This document shows, in pieces, positions 40,505-53,319 of a DNA stretch of 64,000 nt. Source of the stretch: the human T2T-CHM13v2.0 reference genome, Homo sapiens; NCBI RefSeq assembly GCF_009914755.1, contig NC_060939.1; one strand, written 5' to 3'. Numbering within the stretch: the stretch's first letter is position 1; the number at the start of each line of letters is the position of its first letter. A program made the translations under genes and the position numbers. The notes under the pieces were generated by a model. That model was not told where the DNA came from. It saw nothing but the letters and a program-made list of their open reading frames with translations, and searched no databases.

Positions 40505-42510
40505 ATCATGAGATTCTGCACATGGGAAACCCTAAGGACTCCACCAAAAGGCTCCTGGAACTGACATACAACTTTGGTAAAGTTTCAGGATACAAAATCA
40601 ATGTACAAAAATCAGTAGCATTTCTATACACCAATAACATCCAAGCTAGAGAGCCAAATGAAGAACACAATCCTGTTTACGATAGCCATCAAAAAAACAA
40701 AGTACCTAGAAATACATCTAACCAAGGAGGTGAAGGATCTTTACAAAGAGAACTAGGAAACACTGCTGAAAGAAATCACAGATGACACAGACAAATGGAA
40801 AAACATTCCATGCTCATGGATTACAAGAATCAATATTGTTAAAATGGCTATACTTCTCAAAGCAATCTATAGATTCAATGTTATTCCTATCAAATGACCA
40901 GTGTCATTTTTCACAGAACTAGAAAAAACTATTCTGAAATTCATATGGAACCAAAAAAGAACCCAAATAACCAAAGCAATCCCAAGCAAAAAGAACAAAG
41001 CTGAGGCATCACATTACCTGACTTTATACTATACTATAAAGCTACAGTAACCCAAACAGCATGGTACTGGTACAAAAGCAGACAAACAGACCAAGGGAAC
41101 AGAATTGAGAACCCAGAAATAAAGCTGTACACCTACAGCCACCTGTTCTTTGACAAAGTCAACAAAAAATAGGCAATGGGGAAAGGATTCCCTATTCAGT
41201 AAATGGTGCTGAGATAGCTGGCTAGCCATATGCAAAAGAATGAAACAACGTTTTATTCTATGGTGAAAGGACCCCTACCTTTCACCATATACAAAAATTA
41301 ACTCAAGATGGATTAAATATTTAAGTGTAAGACCTCAAACTATAAGAATTTTACAAGAAAACCTAGGAAACACCATTCTAGATATCGGCTCTGGGAAAGA
41401 ATTTATGACTAAGTGCTTAAAAGCAACTGCAACAAAAATAAAAATTGACAAGTGAGACCTAATTAAAGAGCTTCTGCACTACAAAAGAAACTTTCAGTGG
41501 AGTAAACAGACAACCTACAAAATAGAAAAAATGTTCGCAAATTATGCATCTGACAAAGGTCTAACATCCAGAATCTATAAAAAAAAAAAAGTGTGAACAA
41601 GTGAACAAGCAAAAAACAAATCCCATTTAAAACTGGGCAAAAGACATGAACAGACACTTCTCAAAAGAAGACATACAAGGAGCCAACAAACATATGAAAA
41701 AATGTTCCACATCACTAACAATTAGAGAAATGCAAATCAAAACCATAATGAGATACCATTTCACAGCGGTCAGAATGGCTGTTATTAAAAAGTCAATAAA
41801 TAACAGATGCTAGGGAGACTGCAGAGAGAAGAGAACAATTACATAACTATTCATGCAAATCTATTTCAGCCACTGTAGAAAGCAATTTAGAGATTTCTCA
41901 AAGAACTCAAAACAAAACTACCATTTGACCCAGTAATCCCATTACTGGGTATATAACCAAAAGAAAATAAATGGTTCTACCAAAAAGACACACACTCACG
42001 TGTTCTTCAGAGCACAATTCACAACAGCAAAGACCTGGAATCAAACTAGGTGCCCATCAACAGTGGACTAGATAAAGGAAACGTGGCACATATACACCAT
42101 GAAATGCTACACAGTCATAAAAAAAGAATGAAATCATGTCCTTTGCAGCAACATGAATGCAGCTGGAGGCCATTATCCTAAGCAAATTAACGCACGAACA
42201 GAAACCAAATACTACATATTTTCACTTATAAATGGGAGCTAAACACTGGGTATTTCATGGATGTAACATTGGGAAAAAAAGACACTGCGGACTACTACAG
42301 AGAGGGAGGAAAGGGGGAAAAAGTTGAAAAACTATTCTCAGTACTTGGGTGATGGGATCAATCATAACCCCAAACCTCAGCATCATGCAATATACTCATG
42401 TAGCAAGCCTGCCCATGTATGCCCTGAATCTAAAATAGTTGGATTATCAACTGAAATTAACAAGTGAAGTCCAAAAGAGTTGAAATTATCTTTCTTTGAA
42501 AAAAAAATAT
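40505..42510 (+). mobile_element. 5'-truncated older L1PA/L1PB, ~2 kb
   Basis: ORF2 remnant [31 protein letters not shown]; 3' UTR ending ctgaatctaaaata. Confidence 0.9.
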
Positions 42511-42578
42511 GATTTTTAAAAGTTTTGATTGGCAGCCCCACTAAGAAGAATAGGCAGATTTAAATCCTTCAGCCCATG

Positions 42579-42928
42579 TGATATGGTCTGGCTCTGCGTC
42601 CCCACCCAAATCTCATCTCGAATTGTAATCCCCAGGTGTCAAGGGAGGGAACTGGTAGGAGGTGACTGGATCACAGGGGCAGTTTCCCCCATGCTGTTCT
42701 TGTGATAGTGAGTTCTCATGAGATCTGATGGTTTTATAAGAGGCTCTTCACCCTAAGCTTGTTCTTGTCTGCTGTCATGTAAGACGTGCCTGCTTCCCCT
42801 TCCACCATGATTCAGTTTCCTGAGGCCTCCGCAGCTATGCGGAATGGTGAGTGCATTAAACCTCTTTTCTTTGTAAATTACCCAGTCTCAGGCAGTTCTT
42901 TATAGCAGTGTGAAAATGGACTAATACA
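42579..42928 (+). mobile_element. THE1 (THE1C/D-like, ERVL-MaLR) solo LTR
   Basis: TG...CA termini (tgatatgg...ctaataca); 5-bp TSD ccatg at 42574-42578 and 42929-42933; ATTAAA poly-A signal. Confidence 0.92.
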
Positions 42929-43378
42929 CCATGACAGTTACATGGAAATAAGTAATAAAAAGAAAAGCATTTCATGATGCTGTTGATCACAATCATAACC
43001 AAAAGCTGTAAGTTCCAATATGAGTCCTCCAAATGCCTGAAAAGTTTCCTCAAAAAATTGTTTTAACTAAATACTCTTAAATATATCTCATTAAACAAGT
43101 TACAGTGGAAAGCCCTAAATTAAAACATAAAACATACATTTAAAATGTATACCTGTGGAAATGTTATAGAATTACAGTCTATATCTTCAAAACAATAATT
43201 TTAAAAATTCATTTGGTTAACATCATGAAAAGGATTTCTTTAAATATTAACATTCTGTTCAGCACTCAGGTGCTCATCACACAGCCTTATCAGTGAAGAT
43301 TTTTACTATCTAGGTTCAGTTGTATAAGCAAAGATATTTAGGCCTCAGTGAGGAATAAATATATTTTTAAAAACTTAC

Positions 43379-43546
43379 CAAAAGAGACATGAAGAATTTA
43401 TGAACATAAACAATCTGAATACAACCCACTTTAAAACTAAGTTTGCCGTCTACTTTGGACATATCAGCATAGGCCTCTCCTTCTGTGGCATCTGGATAAA
43501 GAGTCAGTTGGAACCTAAAGACTTCATCTCCCAAAATAGAGACAGC
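43379..43546 (-). CDS. VPS13C: VPS13C exon ~45, 168 nt, AVSILGDEVF...FFMSLL
   Basis: tag|GCT ... TTG|gtaagt; phase 0-0. Confidence 0.95.
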
Positions 43547-43970
43547 CTAAAAGTATTAGATTAACTGGTTATTATATCAAAAGAGCTGTATAGCCCTTAT
43601 CAATGTATTATAAATAAGTTCTCGTATTACAGAATCCTTGATAAGTAGAAATATATGAATTCAACATTAAAAATTATTAGCTAAAAACATTTTACGTGAC
43701 AATAACTTCTTCCTATTTCTATAAAAAGCATTTTATCAGTGAAAATATCAACCACTTAGCTGTTCAGAAATAACTTTTACAAATCACTGTGTATCAAGAG
43801 GCCTAGTCTATACACAATGTGAAAGCAGACTATTACCGTTTTCATCTCCAATTCCTAATAAAGTGCCTGGTACATGACAGATAATAAATGTATACTGTGC
43901 AAATAAATAATAGCATCTCAAATCCAAAAGGCAAAATAAATTCCAATATAAAAATCTATTTTTTAATCAC

Positions 43971-44074
43971 CTTTTTGTGAATGGACTGCAAATCTACATT
44001 CATAACTATAATATCTTTAAGTCTGGCAAACACATCAGTCTGCTTAGGCTTCACAGAAATAGAGGCATCCATTC
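43971..44074 (-). CDS. VPS13C: VPS13C exon ~44, 104 nt, MDASISVK...QSIHKK
   Basis: tag|GA ... AAG|gtgatt; phase 1-0. Confidence 0.94.
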
Positions 44075-44856
44075 CTATAGGAAACATAACATTTATAAAC
44101 TTTTCACCCAATCCACATGACTAAGCCAGTGGTATTTAAGTTCAATAATATACTGACAAGATATAAAGTGAATAAAAATTACTCATTATAAGACACATTA
44201 ATGGCATCAACTTTCATGTATGAGATACCTAAGAAAGGTAATAATACCTTTAAATAATAACTTTAAGGGACACAGGCATCTCCTCCAAAAAAGTTGTAGA
44301 AATTTTAAAACCAAAAAAAAAAACCCACCAAGTTTCAAAGAAATTCAAATTAATTTAGAAAATTAATCACATTTCTCCAAACTTAAATATCCTCTGCATT
44401 GGCAAGATCAGCAGTGGTCATTTAGGAAGACAATATTTGTTAAACAGTGATCTTACAAACATTTACTATATTATTAAAAACTGTTGCTCCAATAACTAAA
44501 AATAAATGAACATTACTTGATGAATAGTCTTACTTCTATAATAAACTGTATTAGGAAACAGTCTTCTAAGATTTCCCTCCAAAAAAAATTTGTCATTCTC
44601 AGTTTCTAAAGGCATAATGATTTCTGCAACTGCATAAAAATGTAGATAATGCATAATGCATAAGGAATGTCTCAAGTCAGCAATGAATCACAACAAATTT
44701 ACTTGTAACATTTTAAAGCACATCTTTGAAAAGTTTGCAAAGTCTTCAATATAAGTAAACCAAAAGAAAACTCATGAGAAATCTAACAGGTACAAGCTCA
44801 TTTTTCCTAGTTATGTAAAGAAACAGAAATACCTACAACAAGAAGTAACTACTTAC

Positions 44857-44973
44857 CATGTATTTTAATATCTGCAATGTTACACTTCTGATCACAGACA
44901 AAGACATTAAATGCATTTAATTCAGCTGTGATCTTTAAATCAAACACATCCTTTTGGGAAATGTTGCTGGATA
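44857..44973 (-). CDS. VPS13C: VPS13C exon ~43, 117 nt, SSNISQKD...ADIKIH
   Basis: tag|TA ... ATG|gtaagt; phase 1-1. Confidence 0.94.
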
Positions 44974-46008
44974 CTAAAAAATAATAGAAACCTTCTGATG
45001 AGCAAAGGGAAAAGATAATACAACACATACAATAACCTCAAATCCACCAAAATAAAAGTACCCAATGTACTCTGAGGAACCAAAATGCCCTCCATTAAGA
45101 TAACATGTAATTAACATAAATTTTGGAATAATTATCAAATTCCAATCTACAAAAATTAGCACGTTCCCCTTCAAATTAAGAATAAAAGCAACTATAATAT
45201 TAATAGCACCTTGAAAGTGCAATTTACTAGATGGAAACTTTACTACAACTTTTTTTCTGGGAAAAAAGAAAACATTCTATATTAGAACTCTAGAATTCTC
45301 TTGGTCTAAAGTTTTGATTCTGAACTCCTTTTCGTATCATATATTAGATTAAGGAAGAATAACTCATGATAAACTGCAATGGTGATGCCCAGTTAATAAA
45401 ATACATATTATTTACTATGGCACTTACATGTTATTAACTACATGATAAATTTCTCCAGATTACACCCTGTTGCTCCATCAAGAATCCTAAAATAAATTCT
45501 TTGAGAAATGAACATAAAGGGCCAACTTAAAAAATACCAAAAAAAAATTTATAATGTATATGCACGCAGGTGTATGTGTGCATAAGAATCACAATCAAAC
45601 TAGCGCCCTAAATCCACTTTAGTCCAGATCCTGACTGATAAATTTAGGATCCATTTTCCTAAAAATCTGTCTTGCTGGAAGGAAATAGAGCCTTCTGATT
45701 GAAATTGCAAAAGCACGGAAAGTATCTGTCCTTAATCACCAGTACGACAGGTTGTTTTTTTCTTTAATATTTGATGTAACATAATCAAACCACAAAGACC
45801 AACAATATAGCAAAACTGGAAGACTGTTTCTTTGGGTTAATAGTGTTTCTAGTGTATTGTGAGTTTAAACATTTCTTTTTCATTTATTCAACTGTGTTGT
45901 GTATGTACTGTATGCATATATAATATAAAGGAGAGGAATTTCCAAGGATATTTCTGAGGCTATTAATGTGACAAGTACATTAAAGACAAAGCAGGTAAAG
46001 CTCTTTTA

Positions 46009-46360
<352 letters not shown>

Positions 46361-47106
46361 AAAAATCAGATCCTTGTACCTGATCTAACAGTACTGACAG
46401 TTTTACACCAAACATGCCAGTAATACAGGTAAAACTCAAACTCGTAACGATCTGAAAACTGAATTACTAGATGTTAAATACTGACATTATATAATATGAA
46501 AGAAAAATAATTAAAATGATATTTGGCTTAAAAGTAAGCAAATGTTATTTATTCACTCAGGATATGTCATACCTAATTTTTCATAACATAAGTCATATGC
46601 CTGAGGACCCTGTGCCCATATCTGTGTGATCTAAATATAGTTTTGGCTAGAAACCAATATGAGTGTGTCTATTCCATGAGCTCCTTCCCTGCAGTGTCCC
46701 ACTAAGCATTTAAAATTGCTGAGCACCAGGTAAGTCTACCTGACTAACTGAAACGGGCCTTTGTGACCTTGTATGACTGAATCATAACTGAACTTTTTCC
46801 TTTCTCACTTCCATTGAACTGAAGACTACAAAGACACATCAACATAAAGTACATACAATTTCTATTTTATGTAAAAGCTAGACAGTGAATTGAAATATAA
46901 ATATATAATATTAAACAACATCTATTTAAAATTCCTCACTAAACTGCTCTATAATCCCATAGAGATAACATTTTCTTTCTCTTGAAACTAACCTATCAGA
47001 GCAGCAATGTCAACATGCTAAATATTCATCTTAACTGAAAAAAACAAGTTGTTATATGATTATTAAAGTTCAAAGTATTATTAGATCATAATTCAAAAAT
47101 TATTAC

Positions 47107-47269
47107 CAGCTTTGACAGCGATACTTCTGGACTCCCCCACAAGTGGTTTCAGCTCGGATTCCTTCTCAGAAGAGGAAGGCTCAGAGAATGGAGCAGCAGA
47201 TGATAAAAAATCCATGAAGGAAAGTAAAGCTTCCAAATGAAGTACTAAGTCTAAGGATGCAAATGAAAC
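47107..47269 (-). CDS. VPS13C: VPS13C exon ~42, 163 nt, VSFASLDL...SIAVKA
   Basis: tag|GTT ... CTG|gtaata; phase 0-1. Confidence 0.94.
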
Positions 47270-48021
47270 CTAAGATAATGAACAATTAAAGAGGCAGATT
47301 TCAGATGCAGTAAAATCTTTACATCAGGGTTCAACAGATATAAGTAGCACAAGAACAGTTCAATTAAGGGCCTTTTTAAAATTTTTATTTTTTTAAGAAC
47401 TCACTATTAACTCACTATTAAAATGTCAATCCTTGCCAGATAATAAATCAACTCTCTGCTCACTCCCATGTGCAACCACAATTTTAACTCAAAAGAACTG
47501 GATGAGTTTTAAGTAAAGATACAGGAAATATTATCAGGCTTTAAACCACATTTCAGGCAGTTCCAAGCTGATTATGCATGTTCAAATGGACTGTACCAGG
47601 TCCAGTACAGGTAATGCTTGTATGTAATGTCTGTACCAGGCCTTGCTTTATGCTTCAGTTAATCTTATTCTAATCCTAACGCCAATACATAATTCAAATG
47701 TTTAATGCTTCCATCAACGCTAGGCCAAAAAACCACAGTTGACAAAAATGAGTAACAAAATTCCCTTTAAGTGTATTATTCACATACTTGTCAAGAAATC
47801 TAAGTCAAAACTGGGAAACAATCTTTTCAGAACATAAATCAACTTTTTGTAAGAACTTTATTCCAATTCTAGTATCTACTTAACTTTATCCATAAATTAG
47901 GAATATTATTATTGCCACTGTTATTCTCACGTTAGAACTTACAATCTCACAGTTGAAAATGGCTATGAAGCTAGATATAATCAACACAACCCAACCTTAT
48001 AGCAAATTATAAAAGTTTTAC

Positions 48022-48081
48022 CTTCAGTCTCTGTTTGGTACTGTCATGAATAGTTTTAAATTCTGGTCCATCACTGTCTGC
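48022..48081 (-). CDS. VPS13C: VPS13C exon ~41, 60 nt, ADSDGPEFKTIHDSTKQRLK
   Basis: tag|GCA ... AAG|gtaaaa; phase 0-0. Confidence 0.94.
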
Positions 48082-48608
48082 CTACAAATAGTGGAGAATT
48101 ACACCACTGAGTTTCAAACACTAAAAATTCATACACTGAAAATATACATATTCTTTACTTTTCTAAGTATGCTATTAAAAGAGTAAAAAGATATTTCCTA
48201 AAGGCAAAGAAAGCCATTCAAAAAAAAAAAACAAAAACAAACTGACCACATAAGCATTTCTTACATTCCATACAAGCAAAAACTCTAATTCCTTATCCTA
48301 CTGTGGAGGAAATGCTAGTATATCTAGATTAGGTACACTAATCTAAAAAGTAGGAAAAAGTGCTAGATTATAACACACTTTGCTTTGGATTACAATGGAA
48401 CTTTAGGTTATTACCATTTATTCAATATCATAGGGTAACTCAGAAGGTTAATGAAAGTATCCAGGATTTTCAGATGCTTGCAAAATTCACCATAATCAAT
48501 AAGTTTAGGTAGAAAAATGTTGGGAGAGAAAATGAGAATATTAAATATAAGGGTAATATAACTTCATATATTCAAATATTAAAGAATCCTAGAAATGAAA
48601 CTAGTTAC

Positions 48609-48688
48609 CTTTGTCAGTAACATTTTCAGAAGGGGTTCGTCAGTCACATTAGAAGAGTTAATAATGTGAAGAGGTTCCCCTTTAGAGT
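48609..48688 (-). CDS. VPS13C: VPS13C exon ~40, 80 nt, SKGEPLHI...KMLLTK
   Basis: tag|AC ... AAG|gtaact; phase 1-0. Confidence 0.93.
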
Positions 48689-49487
48689 CTAAAAGAGAAA
48701 AAAGACAAAGTTGATCCATCAATTAAACATTTCACACATTTTAAAACAGGACCAGCCAAATGTACACAAATATACATTTGTCAAAACTCAGGACTGTACA
48801 CTAAAAAGAGTGAAGTATGTTCTGTATAAATCTTACCTCAATAAACCTGGCTTTGAAAAAAAAGGAAACAAATTCCATAAAACAAAAATACTAGTACCCA
48901 CCAATTACAACTGGTATAACCTATGGTACTACTGTATTACTCTCATCTAAACAAATCATGGTATAAAGAACCTATAAAATACATAAAGTAGGGATTATTC
49001 TCAATACAAGTTTATTTCACTTAAAGATATCCCATAGAGTTCTTATAAACTTTAAACACTAACAGAACTTTAAAAGTTAGCTTATTGCAGAAACTTAAAA
49101 GGTCAAGGATACCCACTAATGATAACTTAGTATTTATTCTGAGGGAAGGACATGAGACTACAGATGATATTAATTTTTTCCTCTATATACTTTTGTATTT
49201 GATTTTCATTTTTCACAAATACATATTAACATAATCAAAAAGAAATGTTAAAACTCACATAATTTAAAAATTTAAAAAACAAATAAAACATCATATTTCC
49301 TAATAAATTAACCCAGCTTTTCAAAATGGGTCCCCTAGAACTGTACCCAGGGACTGTTTTTGAAAAGTTGAGTTAATGTACTAGGAAATTAACACAATTG
49401 CACAGAAATCAATATGTTTAATGTTGATAAAAAGGTAGGGATCATCTGCCTAATGAATAATTTACACAGACAATATTTCACACTTAC

Positions 49488-49644
49488 CAGTGAAATCAAA
49501 GCACTGCATACTAATTTTTTTTAGATAAGCTTTAGCAGTCATGTCATAGGTTTTAACTTTAGCTTCCATTCCAAGTTGCAGGACATTTAGCTCATGTAAA
49601 GGCCTTCCTTTCTTTTCTGATTTTTTCATCAAAGTAACCACAAC
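49488..49644 (-). CDS. VPS13C: VPS13C exon ~39, 157 nt, VVVTLMKK...QCFDFT
   Basis: tag|GTT ... CTG|gtaagt; phase 0-1. Confidence 0.94.
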
Positions 49645-49879
49645 CTAAAAAACGGTACCAGTATTACCACCAACTATTTCACCAATATGCAATGAAGGTA
49701 AGTCAAGAATTTAATAAGTATCCAGAGTGATATAAGGAAGAAATTCACACAATGTTAAGATGTGTACTTCTATTTGTGCCTGCAGTTTGGCATGATTCCC
49801 AGAACTCCTAGTCTGATGGACAGCCTTTCTTCTGAAAGTCTGTAAGACCAACAGCCAATTTTTACACCACTCCTAAGGC

Positions 49880-50100
49880 AAGCTCTTTCATCTTCGGCAC
49901 CATTAACATTTTGAGCTGGTAATTCTTTGTGGTGGGAAATGTCTTATGCACTGTAGGATATGAGGCAGCATCCCTGGCCTCTACCTACCAGTTGTCATTA
50001 GTATTCTCCCCCCAGATAATGGCAACAGAAAATGTTTTCAAACAATGCCAAATATCCATTGGGAGCAATGCAAACTGCTCCCCTTTAACCCAATCATTGT
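49880..50100. mobile_element. MER20-like hAT DNA transposon relic
   Basis: ggcaccattaacattttg..taattctttg...gcagcatccctggcctctacc. Confidence 0.75.
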
Positions 50101-50164
50101 CCTAAGGGAGGAGAACAATCATAATATATATTACAAAGAATATTTAAAAGGTCTTATGGACTTT

Positions 50165-50201
50165 ATATATGTGTGTGTGTATGTGTGTTTGTGTGTGTGT
50201 G
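50165..50201. repeat. (TA)/(TG)n imperfect microsatellite
   Basis: atatatgtgtgtgtgtatgtgtgtttgtgtgtgtgtg. Confidence 0.85.
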
Positions 50202-50366
50202 TTAAGTATATCTGCAAATAGAATGATTCATCTATCAATGTTTCAACTACCAAGGCTTAAAAACCTTCATTAACTCTGATATTAACCAGAAAAACATCCA
50301 AGTTTAACATATAACATCAAAGGATGTATTTCAGATTCTAAAAAGTAGAGCCCATTCCTTTAAAAG

Positions 50367-50687
50367 TTTGTTTGTTTGTTTATTGACTGATTGATTGTTA
50401 GAGACAGGGTCTTGCTCTGTCACCCAGGCTGGAGTGCAGTGGCACAATCAGAGCTCACTGCAGTCTTGACCTCCTGGGCTCAAGCGATCCTCCTGCTTCC
50501 CAAGTAGCCAGGACTAAAGGCACATGCCACCACAACTGACTAATTAAAAAAAAAATCTTTTTTTTTTTGTAGAGATGGGGTCTTGTTATGTTGCCCAGGC
50601 TGGTCTCAAATACCTGAACTCAAGCGATCCTCCAGTCTTGGCCTCCCAGAGTACTGAGATTACAGGCATAAGCCATTGCAACCAGCC
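50367..50687 (-). mobile_element. Alu (AluJ-like)
   Basis: Reverse dimer; ctcctgggctcaagcgatcctcc. Confidence 0.9.
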
Positions 50688-50881
50688 TACTTAAAACTTT
50701 ATTATTTTTAGCTCAGAGCAAAAACATAACCTCTATAAAATTATTTAATGATAAAACGGATCTTAGAGGAAGTCCTTGCAAGTCCCTGTATCCACTATGC
50801 TTTCTCACATACTCACACTTTTATGCCTGTTCCTCTTTCTGCCTTGCCCCAGACCCTTTCCTGATCCCTTTTCTCAGACAA

Positions 50882-51405
50882 TTTTTTTTAATTTATTTTA
50901 TTTTATTTTATTATTATTATACTTTAAGTTTTAGGGTACATGTGCACAATGCGCAGGTTAGTTATATATGTATACATGTGCCATGCTGGTGTGCTGCACC
51001 CATTAACTCATCATTTAGCATTAGGTATATCTCCTAAAGCTATCCCTCCCCCCTCCCCCGACCCCATAACAGTCCCCAGAATGTGATGTTCCCCTTCCTG
51101 TGTCCATGTGTCCTCATTGTTCAATTCCCACCTATGAGTGAGAATATGTGGTGTTTGGTTTTTTGTTCTTGCGACAGTTACTGAGAATGATGATTTCCAA
51201 TTTCATCCATGTCCCTAAAAAGGACATGAACTCATCATTTTTTATGGCTGCATAGTATTCCATGGTGTATATGTGCCACATTTTCTTAATCCAGTCTATC
51301 ACTGTTGGACATTTGGGTTGGTTCCAAGTCTTTGCTATTGTGAATAGTGCCGCAATAAACATACATGTGCATGTGTCTTTATAGCAGCATGATTTATAGT
51401 CCTTT
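50882..51405 (-). mobile_element. 5'-truncated young L1PA (PA2/PA3-like), no clear TSD
   Basis: Sense aaattggaaatcatcattctcagt..caagaac..catattctc; GAG rather than L1HS-Ta ACA at the 3' diagnostic site. Confidence 0.9.
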
Positions 51406-52084
51406 CTTATTTCTCTTTAAAAACTTCATTGAAATGTCTCCTCCTCTGGAAAATCTTTTATGACCCTCTCAGTTTGCTTAAATGCCCCCTCCCTACCATC
51501 AGCACCCCAAGCTCCAATTAGTATCCTCAGCAGAGTTTTCGTGAAATAATTACAAAAATGTTAACAGTTTTCCTGCATGAGTTCAGACTCTACGCCTTTT
51601 ACCTCTATCCTTGTCACTGGGCATATACAATAAATATTTGTTGGATGGGTGAATAAAGAAGAAAATGTATTTCATCTTTCCTCAAGAGTATGCAGATGGC
51701 AAACATATTAGTAATGTAACTTTTTTTTAAAATGCAGGCATATTGTGTTTTATTCTATCAAGAGTTTCTAACATTTGAAAAGAATTTATCTGACACTATT
51801 GTCCTTTCCTGCATTTCTTATATGACATCCAAAGCAAGTGACATTCCAACTGTCCTAAAATCATTAAAAAGCATGTTATACAACATGCTGTCATTTTCTC
51901 TATGAAATATTATAAACTCCCAAATCCTTAACAAACTTTCAATTTTTAAAACATCACTGCTACATGTGAACAGCCCACATAGATTTTTTTCATCAGTATC
52001 AATTATCTGTAAGTTTAGCAGAGGTAATTCCAATATCCATTACTTATTCACCTCACTTTACAAAAACAGATGAAAATTACACAC

Positions 52085-52218
52085 CTCTTTAATTTCAAAA
52101 TTCAGCAGCATATTAATGATGTCTACAGACCTAATTTCTTCCACTCCAGTTGTTAAAGTATTTTTTGAATCATGTACATCTTGTGATATAGAGATTTCAA
52201 GGGGCTCTTTAATTTCAC
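52085..52218 (-). CDS. VPS13C: VPS13C exon ~38, 134 nt, EIKEPLEI...NFEIKE
   Basis: cag|GT ... GAG|gtgtgt; phase 1-0. Confidence 0.93.
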
Positions 52219-52249
52219 CTGAAATGTTTAAAAGAAATTCATTACTTTT

Positions 52250-52730
52250 ATTCACAAATTTCTTCCACAAATATTTATTGTGGACTTATATGAGTATTCT
52301 GGACCTGGTAGAGGCAATGAAAATCCACGAATTAGTAACAGCGCTAGCCCTTGGAAAACTCATGGTTTAGTGGAAGAGACATATACATTTAAAATACAAA
52401 CAAACAAGCAGGCCACACCTAGTCACATTAAGTGAACAAATGTTAATAGACTCTATATAAAATGCACTGCAAGCACAGAACAAAGCGTGACACTGTTATA
52501 CAGAAGTCAAGAAAGGATGTATTAGAGGAGGTATTATTCAAGTAGAGCAAAGGACCTCCTCACACGGTGGAGACATTACTAGAAAGGAGCAAAACCAGGG
52601 AATGATAACACATGATAGGTTTTGCAAACAGAATGGAGTTTGATATGGTTGAATCATAAGGGGGACAACAAGAGGTAATACTACAAAAGAAAAAAGGGAG
52701 TGGGAGGTCAGGGCCTCTTATGCCATATTA
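52250..52730 (-). mobile_element. L2 relic
   Basis: acaaatatttattg (reverse L2 3' end) followed by diverged purine-rich sequence. Confidence 0.5.
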
Positions 52731-52829
52731 ATAAACAAAGGTAAAGCTATATAATTATGATGCTGTGTTTCTGAAATTCGTACACCCTGAAATGCAATAA
52801 AATTGTTTTAAACTGTAATACAAAAAATA

Positions 52830-53070
52830 ACAACAGCTATCACTTGCTAAGTGCTCATCTGTGTGGCAGACACTGTTCTAAGGTCTGTATATGGACTGTT
52901 CTATTTAATTCTTATGACATCTCTTTGAGATAAGAACTTTATTGTCCTTATTTCAGAGATGGGCAAATTGAGGTTCAGACAGATTCAGTCCCTTGCTCAG
53001 TGTCGCACAAATGGCAGAGCCCAAATTCAGCAGTCTGATTTTACAGTCTTCACTCGCCACTGTCCCTCAA
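52830..53070 (-). mobile_element. MIR
   Basis: aacaacagcta..cttgctaagtgctc...cactgttctaag...tttcagagatgggcaaattgaggttcaga. Confidence 0.75.
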
Positions 53071-53319
53071 TATCATTAAGTTAGTTATTACCATTATTGC
53101 GGTTGACATTATCTTGACCACTAATACAACACACAGGAACCATGTAGTGTAAGCTACACCAGAATTCCATACAGAAAGCCGCTAATGTTAATCATTACCT
53201 TTGACAAAGCATTGCATAGCGCAAGGTTTCCTAACTATCACCTTACTCCATCACTGTTCCAAACATAATGTGAACCAGGGGAAATGATTCTAGCAAATAT
53301 TTTTGCTTTTATGAAACAA

